Below, in pieces: positions 25,400 to 37,453 of a stretch of 64,000 nt of DNA (position 1 is its first letter; the number at the start of each line of letters is the position of its first letter). The notes beneath the pieces are model-generated. The model searched no databases, was not told where the DNA came from, and saw nothing but the letters and a program-made list of their open reading frames with translations. Source of the stretch: Phoronis australis (lineage: Eukaryota; Animalia; Phoronida); contig NMRA01000052.1 of assembly GCA_002633005.1 (NCBI GenBank), positions 1,043,235 to 1,107,234 on the forward strand, given 5' to 3'. A program made the translations under genes and the position numbers.

Positions 25400-25880
25400 C
25401 AAGACCATGATAGCGTGCAGTTCAAAGGAGTGGTCAGCGCAAGTCACTCATTAAAAAAGTACTCTGTGGTTGGCGAAATTTAAGGACATGGTGTAGATGC
25501 AAAATTCAAGTGCATTGCAGGGGCAAAGGGCGTTTGCAAGCATGTTGCTGCCCTCTTATTTAGACTCCTTGAATGCAAGGAAAGTGGGTTGCCAACTATT
25601 CCTGAGCACATTGCGTGCATGTCCCAGGAGCGAGCATGGGGTCTAAGGAAGAGTTCTGTCAAGGTGTCTGAAAAATTCTCAGACTTGGTATTTGTGAACT
25701 ATGTGGATGGAAAGGACTCGGAAAAATCAATAGCAAATTCAAGAAAAAGAAAAGATTATAATTGCCTTGCTTCAAGTAAACAGTTCTTACCAACAGCTCG
25801 ACTTCAGGAACAGGGAAGAAATTTAGAACCATATCAGCCAGTGTGGACCACATTGCTAGACCGAGTAAGTGTGTCACCTA
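25400..25880 (+). mobile_element. SWIM zinc-finger ORF fragment (ISL2EU/YqaJ-type accessory gene)
   Basis: KCIAGAKGVCKHVAALL...ACMSQERAWG; duplicated at 49145-49620. Confidence 0.7.
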
Positions 25881-25999
25881 ACAACAGTTTGAGGCCTCAT
25901 TACATTATGCTGAAAAAATGTGTTGCAGCTTTACTAATGTTTGGTTATCATTCACTTATTGCCCTATATATTCTAATGTTGTGTGTTCTCTTACTTTGA

Positions 26000-26490
26000 G
26001 GAGGTAATTTGACTGACAAGCATGAGGCATATGTTTGTCACCTTGACGACGATGACCAGTATGAAGCAGAGGCACAGTGGCTGGAAATGATGCACAGAGT
26101 ATTGGTAGACCATGAAATACGAGTGTTACAGCTGTGCAGCTTTAAGGAGGAAAACAACGAGACAACCGAGCCAACCGATGGGATGACGGAGACTGGGGCG
26201 ACAGCAGCGACTGTGATAAGAGATACAGCAGCGACCGAAGTGATGGCAACGACCGGAGAGATGCCAGCGACAGATGCAAGCAGTGTAAAAATTGTGACTG
26301 ACAATGATAAACACTCAGTGTTTAAGTTGGAAAAGCATCGACTCCCGAAGTTTGGAGGTGATGTACGCGATTATTTAAGCTTTAAGGATGATTTCCAGTA
26401 CATGGTTGGAAACAGGCATAGCAAGAGGGATAGTATAGCAGTATTAAGGAATACCTTGGAAGGTAAGCCTCTTGATCTAATTAAGGGCCT
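26000..26490 (+). mobile_element. BEL/Pao gag (DUF1759) fragment
   Basis: KLEKHRLPKFGGDVRDYLSFKDDF...LRNTLEGKPLDLIKG; duplicated at 49745-50225. Confidence 0.8.
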
Positions 26491-26526
26491 AGGTTTTCTG
26501 TTTTGTAACTTGTATATTTGTTGCAG

Positions 26527-26945
26527 TTAATTCAAAAGTTCACTCCACCGTAGGTGGCAAGATGCCACGACAAAACCTGTGGCGTGCACCAGCTTGTTCA
26601 AGTTGTGATCAGCTTTGTGCTGAGAACAAAAAGCTGAGAAGTTGTGGGCCTGCAATGTAGTGCTAAAAGCGAAAATGTACATTTATTAAACAATTAAAAA
26701 ATTACAAAATTGATTGTGACTTTATAGTTGTACTTGTTACGCCAGATTTAAGTTATGGTTTTGTAGCTCATAAAGAACTAAACTGTGACCTTGATAATTT
26801 ATGAATTGCTTTTGTATTAGCTTTGACAGTGAGTGATACATTTGTTCAAATATTTTCAATGATTTGTTTTAGAACAAGCTTGTACTTCATCACGGCACTG
26901 CCATCAGCTGGCTTCGTGAATGAAAATGAAGCTATTTGCTTCCAT
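26527..26945 (+). repeat. Third copy of the coiled-coil/BEN-gene exons
   Basis: Diverged match to 9150-9580 and 14195-14630; fourth copy at 50260-50800. Confidence 0.85.
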
Positions 26946-27269
26946 GTAAGTCTAAAGAAGTGCAGAAAATTTCTCCCAATTGTTTTACTTTAAACATGTT
27001 ATTAAATAACCATAATATTATGAAATGTTATTCAAAGGAAGTTGATGCAATACGGCAGTTGTTTAAGACTGCAGTAATTACTACAAACTTGGTTTCGGGA
27101 TTTCATCACTGACTAATGAATGTTTCCAAATTTCCTAACTTGTAGTTGGTGGTTTTGCAAACAGTTATTGAAAACACCATAATAATTTGATCAAATAACC
27201 ATCAATTTTTGATATCAGCATATCACATTTGTTAAGGTCATCGACCAGTTGGAAAATCAACTTTTTTTT

Positions 27270-27880
27270 TCAAGATCTGGAAGGAACATGCGCCGTTCAT
27301 AGTTGTAGGTCGCCATATGACAGATCTGTGCTAGAAGTGAAAAGAAAACAATGAGAGAATACACAGAAGTGCTAACCTCACTGAGCAACAGAAGCTGGCA
27401 CTGCTAGGGGAACAATTAAAAATTATAGAAAACGAGAGGAAATTCTACGACGATCTTGTCAAGACTTGCAAAGCTGTTGCAGCGACTGAAGGGATTTCCA
27501 GTCTGGGGCCACATCAGCAGAACTCGGGTGAATTTAGGTTTCACTATTCGTTTGATTTTGCCCAGCAGGTGCATCTCCCAAACAGTCCTCTACAGCCTGG
27601 GCCACTGAACTTCCTTGTGCCTCGCTAAGTTGAGATTTTTGGAAGGTGCTGATGGACTGCCGCAACAAGTGAACTACCTCATAGACGAGGGGACGAGTTC
27701 AGGAAAGGGATCGGACATGTGGTTTCCCTCCTACATCATTTCTTTGAGAACTATGGCATTGGCGAGAAATGTATGGACCTGCATTGCAATAATTGCAGTG
27801 GGTAGAAAAAAACAAGTATGTATTGTGGTATATGGTGTGTTGTACACTTTGTGAACTTCACAGTGAAATCACAATAAATT
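27270..27880 (+). mobile_element. Sola-like transposase fragment
   Basis: HYSFDFAQQVHLPNSPLQPGPL, GLPQQVNYLIDEG, GKGSD, LLHHFFENYGIGE, LHCNNCSG motifs. Confidence 0.7.
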
Positions 27881-28819
27881 ATTATGAATGTGGACGTTAG
27901 TTTTGTAATTCCAGTCAAGTTTGACTTTTCTGTTGTGCAGTCTGTGTTCTAAAGCATCACACTTATTTTTTGGCTTCGGCACGTGTTGATTTGAAGGCAT
28001 ACTTAGTGTAAGAGTTTTTGTAATTTAACCATGTTTGCAAGGTAGCATTATTTAATTTTGTTTGCTACATGAGTCATTTTAAAGTACGTCAGCCACTGTC
28101 CACAGTTTTTGCAGCAATGCAAAAATGCCACAAAGATGTGAACACTGAACATTGCAAAAAACATCCAAGAAAATGTCACTAAACTGTGAAATTGTTTGAT
28201 GCACTATGTATGGTGGAAAGTTATATTAAAATTGGTTCATGGTTGCTATGGAAATCTTGACTTTGAATTTCTGTTAACTTTGACCTCAATTATCTCAAAG
28301 TCATAGTCCCAGACGTCTGCATATAATCCTTCGTAACTTTCATTAATATGGTCCGATCTGAAAACGGTTTTCACCATTAAAAAGAGCATGAAAATTTCTC
28401 CCAGAAAGTGTGAAAAGTAAAAATATAAATTTGGTGCATTACGACTCATATTGTGGTGGAGGATCACAACTTTAAATTGACCTGGAGGACAGTGAACTGA
28501 CATTAGAATTCATTTATAATATATTAGAATTATTGTACCAAAATCTATTGTTCCCATAGCTCATTGACAATAATTTTGACAGGAAACTGTAAAAAATGTT
28601 TAGGTACGGACTTGACATGTGAATAAAAGATTAATTTCTCTTGTGACTTCAATTCTTCAACCAGTATGAAAGAAAATTTGTGTGCGATTTTCTAGGAATT
28701 CAATTTATAGTACAGTCACTTTACAAAGAACCTTAGTCCAGTCACTCTAAAAGCTAATAATTAAATGCTTAACATTTAGTACTCAAAATTGGTGTCATAT
28801 GCATGCTTTTCATGAACAT

Positions 28820-29110
28820 TAGGTCACTGATTTTAGAGGAAATTAGTGCCAGCAAACCAAATGACAGTGATCAGCAGTCGCTTGTTCTTAGCCAGTCTTG
28901 GTGGATTTATACTGAGATGAGCTTTCTGGGATTTATTGGATACGTAATGTCAGGCACCAGGCTTCAAGTTCTTGAGACAGAGTATGCACCAAACGTATGA
29001 TCCATATGTTAAATTGAAAACGTGTGGACAGAGCAGTGAGGGGGCATATGTTGGTAGACTCAGCACTGAATGCTATCATAAAAGCCAAAACATTCAACAT
29101 CCCACTTCCA
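28820..29110 (+). mobile_element. Academ-like transposase fragment
   Basis: LGGF(H)TEMSFLGFIGYVMSG...YAPN...HML...RAVRGHMLVDSALN; second copy 53180-53460. Confidence 0.55.
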
Positions 29111-29879
29111 AATACTGACAGATCAAGTAACGCCAATCCAGAACCAATGACTTAAGGATTTCAAGAGAGAAATTCCGGTTCTTCAGATATTCAAGGAGTC
29201 CCGAGTGTCACCAACACAGAACACAGAACACACAGATTCCCTGCCAAGAGGTGGAGCAATTCAATGCTTGTACACAAACGTTGGCTCGTCATAATATATG
29301 GAGACAGATTCTTCAGATATCTCAACTGATCACATAACTAGACTGCATGGGACATGCAATGCACAGGCAGCGTCTTCCGATTCTGAACCTTGGATTACAG
29401 TGGAAAACACTCGCAAGAGTTCACTTCTGGTTTCCGACATACTGCCACTGCATGGTATATTCAAACAGGACTGAATAAGGGTCTTTTGAATTCGCAGTGA
29501 CAGAATGGTTTGTCAGGAGAATCAATGGCCACCTTGTAACTAGTAAACTACACATCAAATCAATATGAAATCTCCATTTGAGATATTCATTTACATTCAA
29601 AATTTTCTATTAAACCCCATCTTGTCACACGACGCCATCCAACATCATTGAAGTAGAACAAATGTATTATACATCAGCGCACTAGATTTCTTCACTGAAG
29701 AAATCGAGATTAACAAAGGTAATGATTTCTAGGTTAAAAAGCATGATTTCGAACCATCAAGTATTAAGTCGACCCTAGTAAGTGCCCATTCATACTTCAG
29801 TTATAAAGAGTAAGTTGATTTCATAATAAACGATACAGTGTGGTAAATAAAGTATTCAGAATCTTACAGTTGGATCTAA

Positions 29880-30060
29880 GTAAAGACTTTGATGAACCAA
29901 TTAAAAAAAAGATAAAATACAGACAAGCTGGAGGAAGAAAGCCTGCTACACCCACGGTCAGAAATGTTGCTTTCCAATGGTTTATTGATGTAAGGGGCTC
30001 ATTAAAAGGTAGATTGCCATGAAAACCTTTTCGCCTGGAATGCCAGAACTATATCAAAAT
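29880..30060 (+). mobile_element. pogo-like CENP-B HTH fragment
   Basis: YRQAGGRKPATPTVRNVAFQWFIDVRGSLKGRLP; second copy 54260-54440. Confidence 0.6.
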
Positions 30061-30510
30061 TATCTAAACTTCTTGGTTATGATGTTCCAGTAGTTGAGGT
30101 TTTCTAACAAATTAAATTTAACTTGTTAAATGCATTTATCGTCATTATTTTGACATTTGTTTCTTTATTTTGATATCAACCCTTAGAGTTTATTTTGCAT
30201 TACTCATTTCTATTTATAGCTTCAAGGGCCTACTTTTGTATTCACACATTTCTCTATGCGACACCTGATTGGTCCCCACATTTTCTTTGTTCAGTTCAAC
30301 GTGGTCTCATTCAGCCACCTACCTCGTCTTCTACAAGACCTACGTTCGTTCTCTGCATTTTTTTGCATTTTTCGTTACCTTTTGACTCTTGACCCCTTAC
30401 TCCGTTCGGGTGTGATGCTCAGCCTCTTCTCGTTCCTCTGCTTTACTTCGTCCTTTTCGAGGTAAGTCCCGTTTTTGATTTTAACCCTCCGTTTCATTTA
30501 CGTTATACCT

Positions 30511-31101
30511 CATGTCGCCCCATGTACTCATCCTTGGCAGTTTGTATGTTTGTTGGCTGGACAACTTCGTGTCCGACCTTCCCCAGGACCGCTACCTCCA
30601 TAACTACGGCTTCTGACCTTCAGTGGTCACCATTTCGTCCCTGGGCATCTCTGGCGGGACACATTTCCCCGGCCCGAAGTCCATCCAACCGGCCACCCGT
30701 TCCCTCCCTCGTTCCCCTCCCGACAGATCGGAGGGAATGACCTCCACTCCACCTACATCGAACCACATGCCTTGGCCACGCATCACGTTTCTTTCGCTCG
30801 TTTTTTGTTAATTGCCTACGACATCCGACGTGTTTTAGTCAGACAGGCGTTTCATCGATTACACGAAGGGAAGCGCTTTCGTTCTCGCCTTCTAGCCTCC
30901 AACTCATCCCTTAAATCCCTCCCGTCCCACGAGCCTCACATTTATTTTTGGACTCACAAGGAAGATTTTTGGGCTAACCCCAACCACCTCTACCGCCCGG
31001 ACGGGGTCTACTTTAATCACTCAGGCCTTCATAAACAAGCCTTCAGCGTTCGCGTGGCCATTGGTCACCACCTTCGCGAACTGGGCCTGATGGATTCGTG
31101 A
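30511..31101 (+). mobile_element. SGNH/GDSL-hydrolase-like ORF (as carried by Ngaro/DIRS-type retroelements), frameshifted
   Basis: VLILGS, LGISGG, IGGNDL, RPDGVYFNHSG blocks; second copy 54894-55483. Confidence 0.6.
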
Positions 31102-31513
31102 TTGTATGCTAAAGTATCGAGTGAGTCTAAACAAACCAAATGAACACTTTAGACAAATGAAGAACGCATCATCTGAATAAGTGAATTTATAAAGAAAGTG
31201 TGGTATCTCCACCAAGGTGTGAAGTTAAAGGCAAGAGTCTCTGAATGTGTTCCAGAAGATGAGGGGTATTTTAAGAGTCCACAGCATCACAGTGTATTTC
31301 AAGTTGCTTGATGACAACTGGAGTATGAAATTTTTTGTTGCACTGTATTGTAAGAATTGGCAATAGACAACTAATCTCAATTCATATTCATGTCATTTTA
31401 CTAATTTGCAACACAAAAGATCTATCAAGTATAGCCATATGGTGAATAATAGGCAATAAGACGATAAGACAAATAAATTAGGATGCTTCTTTTAATTGTC
31501 ATTTTTCATTTTA

Positions 31514-34110
31514 GATACATTTTACATAAAGGTATGAAAACCACCTTCTTGAAAATGAAACGCATTGCACATGGGACTGCTGATGCCATTTACCAAACAC
31601 TTCTAAGTGTTTTAGAAGAGTATGAGGTGCCACTAAGGAAGGTGACAACTTTTGGCTCAGATGGAGCAAGTGTAATGGTTGGTCAGAATAATAGTGAGGC
31701 ATCCAAGCTTTGTACTTGTCAGCCTTTTTGTGTGTGTGTTCATTGTGCATGTCACAGACTGCACCTGGCAGTAAGTCAAGCATGCAGAAACAACAGAAAC
31801 ATGAATGTATGTAAAGCAGTTTCAATTGCTGCATGTAATTTGATTTTTAAATTTTACTACATTTCGAAATCAAAATGACAGCATTTAAATTTAAATTTTC
31901 CAGACACTGGAACGGACTCTTGGATTAATTTACTCTTTTGTCCAGTGTTCAGAAGTCAAGGGCATTGCTGACATCCTAAACAGTGAAAGTGTAAAGTTCA
32001 AAAGATTGTTTGAGATCCGATGGTTGTCTATGAGTGAAAGCTTTATAGCCTTAATAAGAAACACGGAGCCTCTTCTGGTTTTGTTGAGCCATGAAGCAAA
32101 TAACAGGGATCCAGTGGCGCAAGCAATCCACACAAGCCTATCGAACTACAAAAGTGTTGCTCTTCTATTCTTAGTTGAAGATATCATGGATGCCATGTCT
32201 CATTTATCCAGAATCCTGCACTTTAGAGATGTATGCTTTGGTACACTTANNNNNNNNNNNNNNNNNNNNNNNNNNNNNNNNNNNNNNNNNNNNNNNNNNN
32301 NNNNNNNNNNNNNNNNNNNNNNNNNNNNNNNNNNNNNNNNNNNNNNNNNNNNNNNNNNNNNNNNNNNNNNNNNNNNNNNNNNNNNNNNNNNNNNNNNNNN
32401 NNNNNNNNNNNNNNNNNNNNNNNNNNNNNNNNNNNNNNNNNNNNNNNNNNNNNNNNNNNNNNNNNNNNNNNNNNNNNNNNNNNNNNNNNNNNNNNNNNNN
32501 NNNNNNNNNNNNNNNNNNNNNNNNNNNNNNNNNNNNNNNNNNNNNNNNNNNNNNNNNNNNNNNNNNNNNNNNNNNNNNNNNNNNNNNNNNNNNNNNNNNN
32601 NNNNNNNNNNNNNNNNNNNNNNNNNNTTCATGTCATTTTACTAATTTGCAACACAAAAGATCTATCAAGTATAGCCATATGGTGAATAATAGGCAATAAG
32701 ACGATAAGACAAATAAATTAGGATGCTTCTTTTAATTGTCATTTTTCATTTTAGATACATTTTACATAAAGGTATGAAAACCACCTTCTTGAAAATGAAA
32801 CGCATTGCACATGGGACTGCTGATGCCATTTACCAAACACTTCTAAGTGTTTTAGAAGAGTATGAGGTGCCACTAAGGAAGGTGACAACTTTTGGCTCAG
32901 ATGGAGCAAGTGTAATGGTTGGTCAGAATAATAGTGAGGCATCCAAGCTTTGTACTTGTCAGCCTTTTTGTGTGTGTGTTCATTGTGCATGTCACAGACT
33001 GCACCTGGCAGTAAGTCAAGCATGCAGAAACAACAGAAACATGAATGTATGTAAAGCAGTTTCAATTGCTGCATGTAATTTGATTTTTATTACTACATTT
33101 CGAAATCAAAATGACAGCATTTAAATTTAAATTTTCCAGGCACTGGAACGGACTCTTGGATTAATTTATTCTTTTGTCCAGTGTTTAGATGTCAAGGGCA
33201 TTGCTGACATCCTAAACAGTGAAAGTGTAAATTTCAAAAGATTGTTTGAGATCCGATGGTTGTCTATGAGTGAAAGCTTTATAGCCTTAATAAGAAACAC
33301 GGAGCCTATTCTGGTTTTGTTGAGCCATGAAGCAAATAACAGGGATCCAGTGGTGCAAGCAATCCACACAAGCCTATCGAACTACAAAAGTGTTGCTCTT
33401 CTATTCTTAGTTGAAGATATCATGGATGCCATGTCTCATTTATCCAGAATCCTGCACTTTAGAGATGTATGCTTTGGTACACTTAAAAGCGCTGTACGGT
33501 GAAGTTTTGTGTTGTATTCATATCTTGTATTAGTTTTTGAGCAATCAAGACATGCATTAAACTATTCCATGACACATTGCTTAGGCTTTCAAGTTATGCA
33601 GTCAGGATGTGAATATGGTAATGACATATCTTGATTGTTTCATTTCGGGTCCAAGCTTGTCGTGATACATTACAAGACATGGCTTTTAATGATGGGCCTG
33701 ACTTGACAGATTTTAAAGCACAACTGACTGCAGGAAACAGTGTCTTCAAGGGCACCGTTATCAGTAACCACACTCTAACAGGTGATGTAGTCTCACAGCA
33801 ACAATTGTTTGAGCACTTGGCTGTCATTGTGGAGAAAATCAACAACAGATTTCCTGACGTGAACTCGTTGGATGCCATGCAGGTAATGATGTTCATCAAC
33901 AAAAATTTGTTAGATTTCGATTTGAACACGACATGGACAAGAATAAGGTAAAACCTCTTTATTTATAGATATTTGATCGAAGAGCCTACCCTTATGCCCT
34001 TCACAACTGCTGGGTAACAAACTACCTTGATGTTCCTTTGGGACACTATGGTGTTTCAAAGGACGGACATCCCCCTATGGTGGACCCTGATGAAACTATA
34101 CTATGTGCAT
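31514..34110 (+). mobile_element. hAT (ZNF862-like) transposase fragments with introns
   Basis: FGSDGASVMVG, HCACHRLHLAV, EIRWLS motifs; GT-AG introns retained; further copies 36355-36460/40909-41740, 55898-57260, 59145-60095, 61141-61296. Confidence 0.9.
32250..32626. other. Assembly gap
   Basis: Run of N. Confidence 1.
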
Positions 34111-34197
34111 GCAGGTGTTGATTAAGAAATGTGCGTCATAGTCTCTTGACAAAACTAGTGAACTTGATCAACTAAATGAAAAACTTCATTCTCATTG

Positions 34198-34600
34198 CAG
34201 GTGCGGAAAAGATGCGAGAGACCATCTGGTCAACAATTTTTCACTGCATGTCAACAGACGAAGTTCTGAGGCATCACCGTTGTCCAATTGGCAAGGAAAG
34301 CTGGTGTGTTTTTCAGCACGCGAAGGTGGAAGGAAAACTTGCACTTAAACACCAACATGTCATCCATAATGACTTATCCATTAAGTTTTGAGAGAAATGA
34401 TCACCCTCTATGAGAGGTTGTCTGATTTAAGTCTATTGAAAAAATGGAGCATGGCCAAACAGAAAATTCAAACAAATGTTCGAACAATCTCAATTGGATT
34501 CAATGCCCCAAAGCAGTGTTTGCTGGTAAGAGGAAAGTTGTGGCAACTGTGGCTTCGGTTGCACCAGTTTTAACGAGGGTGCTGTGTATTTGACCAAACT
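34198..34600 (+). mobile_element. Mutator-like transposase C-terminal fragment
   Basis: MRETIWSTIFHCMSTDE..RHHRCPIGKESWC, LYERLSD..LL, HGQTENSN, CPK; second copy 57346-57750. Confidence 0.8.
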
Positions 34601-34609
34601 TAAGACTAA

Positions 34610-35050
34610 CTTGCTCTTTGCGGAGATTTGCTCCAGTGACGCCAGTCTCAAAAACAAAGTCGGGGTGATCCACCTGTGTGAATCTCTGGCAATCCCCGCC
34701 TTGAGGAAAGCTATGACTTTGTATTTGACCATCTGAAGCATCAGTGTGGCAAGGACTTGGGTTTGCATCACCATTGTTTTGGAGGTGCGCCCAAGGAGGT
34801 GCTGTGGTGCACTGCTTTTTTAAGAACTGCTACTTTGGCCTTGCCAGTCATGTGAAACGGTTTTTGAAATTCCTGAACAAGGGCTGGCGGAGGTGTCAAA
34901 TGAATCAACTCTTACTTGAGTCTGATTCCCTGCACCTCGCAATTAAGCAAGCCCCAACGGCGCCCCAATACCTGGGGGAGGTAGCTGCCAGGAGGTTGCA
35001 AAGCATTCTCATCATTCGATGCACGAGCTGCTGGCTGCGTCCACCAGGAA
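34610..35050 (+). other. Unassigned coding-like repeat (three copies)
   Basis: LFAE(I/V)CSSD.SLKNK.GVIHL...SGNPR...DFVFDHLK.Q.G.DLG.HHHCFGGAP; copies at 45300-45590 and 57760-58195. Confidence 0.5.
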
Positions 35051-35734
35051 TTACCTTTTACCCAATGACGAAGTCATGGAAGATGGAGGTTTTACTATTG
35101 TTGACTTACTGTTTCCAAGACGAGTTAAGTTTAACATACCAGCTATCACCAAAGGTAAGACACAGCTTAGCCAAAAAGATCTGACAAAACACGGCGCATT
35201 GTCACAGTAAGAATCCATGTGGAGTGAGCAATACGTAGAAAAGTTTTAAAAAATTTGAGTTCCATTATTCTAGTGTCAAGCACAAAATCAGTGGATAACT
35301 ACTTTTTGCTTGTTAACTTTTTTCACACCCGAGTAATCTAAACATTTTAATTGCTTACAGGCAGTCAGTTTAATAAGATTTTCTAAGTGTGAACTAGGCT
35401 AACTAAAGCAAAACAGTTTTAGCAGTATGATTTTTTGACACATTGAGAGGCAAGTTCAGAATTATGGGGGGGAGCCAAAAATTCATGAGCAATGATGGAT
35501 CCGGAATGCCTGAATGCATGTTGTGGACAGGGTAACAGCATTCATGAAAAGTGTGCCAAGCATAGATTGTCCATCACTGAAAGACAACTTTAAAAATGCT
35601 AATAATAGTCCATTACGATCAATTGTAACTCTATTTTGTGTTGATATGTAATTGTTGATCATTTTCTAAAATGAAAAGTTTTAAATTATTCCTTCCCAAT
35701 ATTCAAGCAAATTTCTAATTTCAAGTGTAGATGT

Positions 35735-36130
35735 GGCAATTGCCAAGTAACTCTTCTGCTGGCTGAAAGAGTCTGTTGCCAAGAGATGGCATAAGTGGTG
35801 GCAAAGCTCCAGAAAGAAGTGGAGAGAGGAGTCATCTCTCAACCTAGAAAGTGCGTCAAGGACCACGCACGTTTTGACCGTTTGGTTAGACCCAGGCGTT
35901 CTAGAGACCAGCTGGGAGCAGTACAAATTTCACAACCCTGATGGGTATGAGTGGCCATACGACAAGAAAATGCGGCACAGCGCGTATCGCTAATTTCAGC
36001 GATGGATTCATGGCTTTTTGGGACGGCGGGTCAGAGGCGTTGCGCCTGCATGTGCTGTTGCAAAGATCCAGGCACACTATCCACCACTTGGGAATGAAGA
36101 GGATTTTGTTTTCACTGGTTTTACTTTTGA
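35735..36130 (+). mobile_element. P2RX7-C-terminal-like (nanor-like) ORF fragment, a Kolobok-type accessory gene
   Basis: ERVCCQE, RHSAYR*FQRWIHGFLGRRVR, PACAVAKIQAHYP, FTGF; second copy 58520-58910. Confidence 0.7.
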
Positions 36131-36812
36131 TTGATTATTACAATGTGGAACAGAGTGTCCATGATAAACAGTATCGTATTGTATATTAAGCTTGTGTAAA
36201 AGCAAAACACTTTCCACAGTATTTTTATAGTACGTAATCCCTTCTATTTTAAATTATCAACCAGCAGCTCTACAAAACTCCAACATCAGCGTACTAGATT
36301 TCTTAACTGAAGAAATAGAGTGCACTGATGTATAACACGAAGATTACCAAAATATAAGGTGTCACTAAGGAAGGTGACAACTTTTGGCTCAGATGGAGCA
36401 AGTGTAATGGTTGGTCAGAATAATAGTGAGACATACAAGCTTTGTACTTATCAGCCTTTCTGCCTTGAAATCTGTGACATTCATGATACAAGTATATAAT
36501 TCTTAGTATGTTAGTTTGATAGTGTTATTACTTATTGATATTATTTCTTTGCTAGCCAGTTGTTTGTGTTCATAGAAACTTGGTTTGGCTGTCAGCTGAG
36601 TCAGCGACCAACCCATCCGGTGCATCCACACATGTTTTGATGATCTCTGTAGTAAACAAGATTGCGTAATGGTCATTCACAGAAACATTGCCTAAAGACA
36701 GCTGACCATTACCATATATGGCAAACACAACAGAGTAGTTCAGATGATTGTTGTGAAAGTTTTTAGAGTTGCTTCCTGTTATTTTCCTGTAGAATATTGA
36801 ATCATAAAGTTT

Positions 36813-37453
36813 NNNNNNNNNNNNNNNNNNNNNNNNNNNNNNNNNNNNNNNNNNNNNNNNNNNNNNNNNNNNNNNNNNNNNNNNNNNNNNNNNNNNNNNN
36901 NNNNNNNNNNNNNNNNNNNNNNNNNNNNNNNNNNNNNNNNNNNNNNNNNNNNNNNNNNNNNNNNNNNNNNNNNNNNNNNNNNNNNNNNNNNNNNNNNNNN
37001 NNNNNNNNNNNNNNNNNNNNNNNNNNNNNNNNNNNNNNNNNNNNNNNNNNNNNNNNNNNNNNNNNNNNNNNNNNNNNNNNNNNNNNNNNNNNNNNNNNNN
37101 NNNNNNNNNNNNNNNNNNNNNNNNNNNNNNNNNNNNNNNNNNNNNNNNNNNNNNNNNNNNNNNNNNNNNNNNNNNNNNNNNNNNNNNNNNNNNNNNNNNN
37201 NNNNNNNNNNNNNNNNNNNNNNNNNNNNNNNNNNNNNNNNNNNNNNNNNNNNNNNNNNNNNNNNNNNNNNNNNNNNNNNNNNNNNNNNNNNNNNNNNNNN
37301 NNNNNNNNNNNNNNNNNNNNNNNNNNNNNNNNNNNNNNNNNNNNNNNNNNNNNNNNNNNNNNNNNNNNNNNNNNNNNNNNNNNNNNNNNNNNNNNNNNNN
37401 NNNNNNNNNNNNNNNNNNNNNNNNNNNNNNNNNNNNNNNNNNNNNNNNNNNNN
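36813..37453. other. Assembly gap
   Basis: Run of N. Confidence 1.

Noticed and set aside
32006-32699. Long ORFs containing X runs (also 36779-37942)
   Set aside because: They run through N gaps; their lengths are artefacts.
31386-33486. Tandem hAT copies on both sides of the first gap
   Set aside because: The duplicate region at 55770-56640 has only one copy; probably overlapping contig ends or haplotypes, so not counted as a real duplication.
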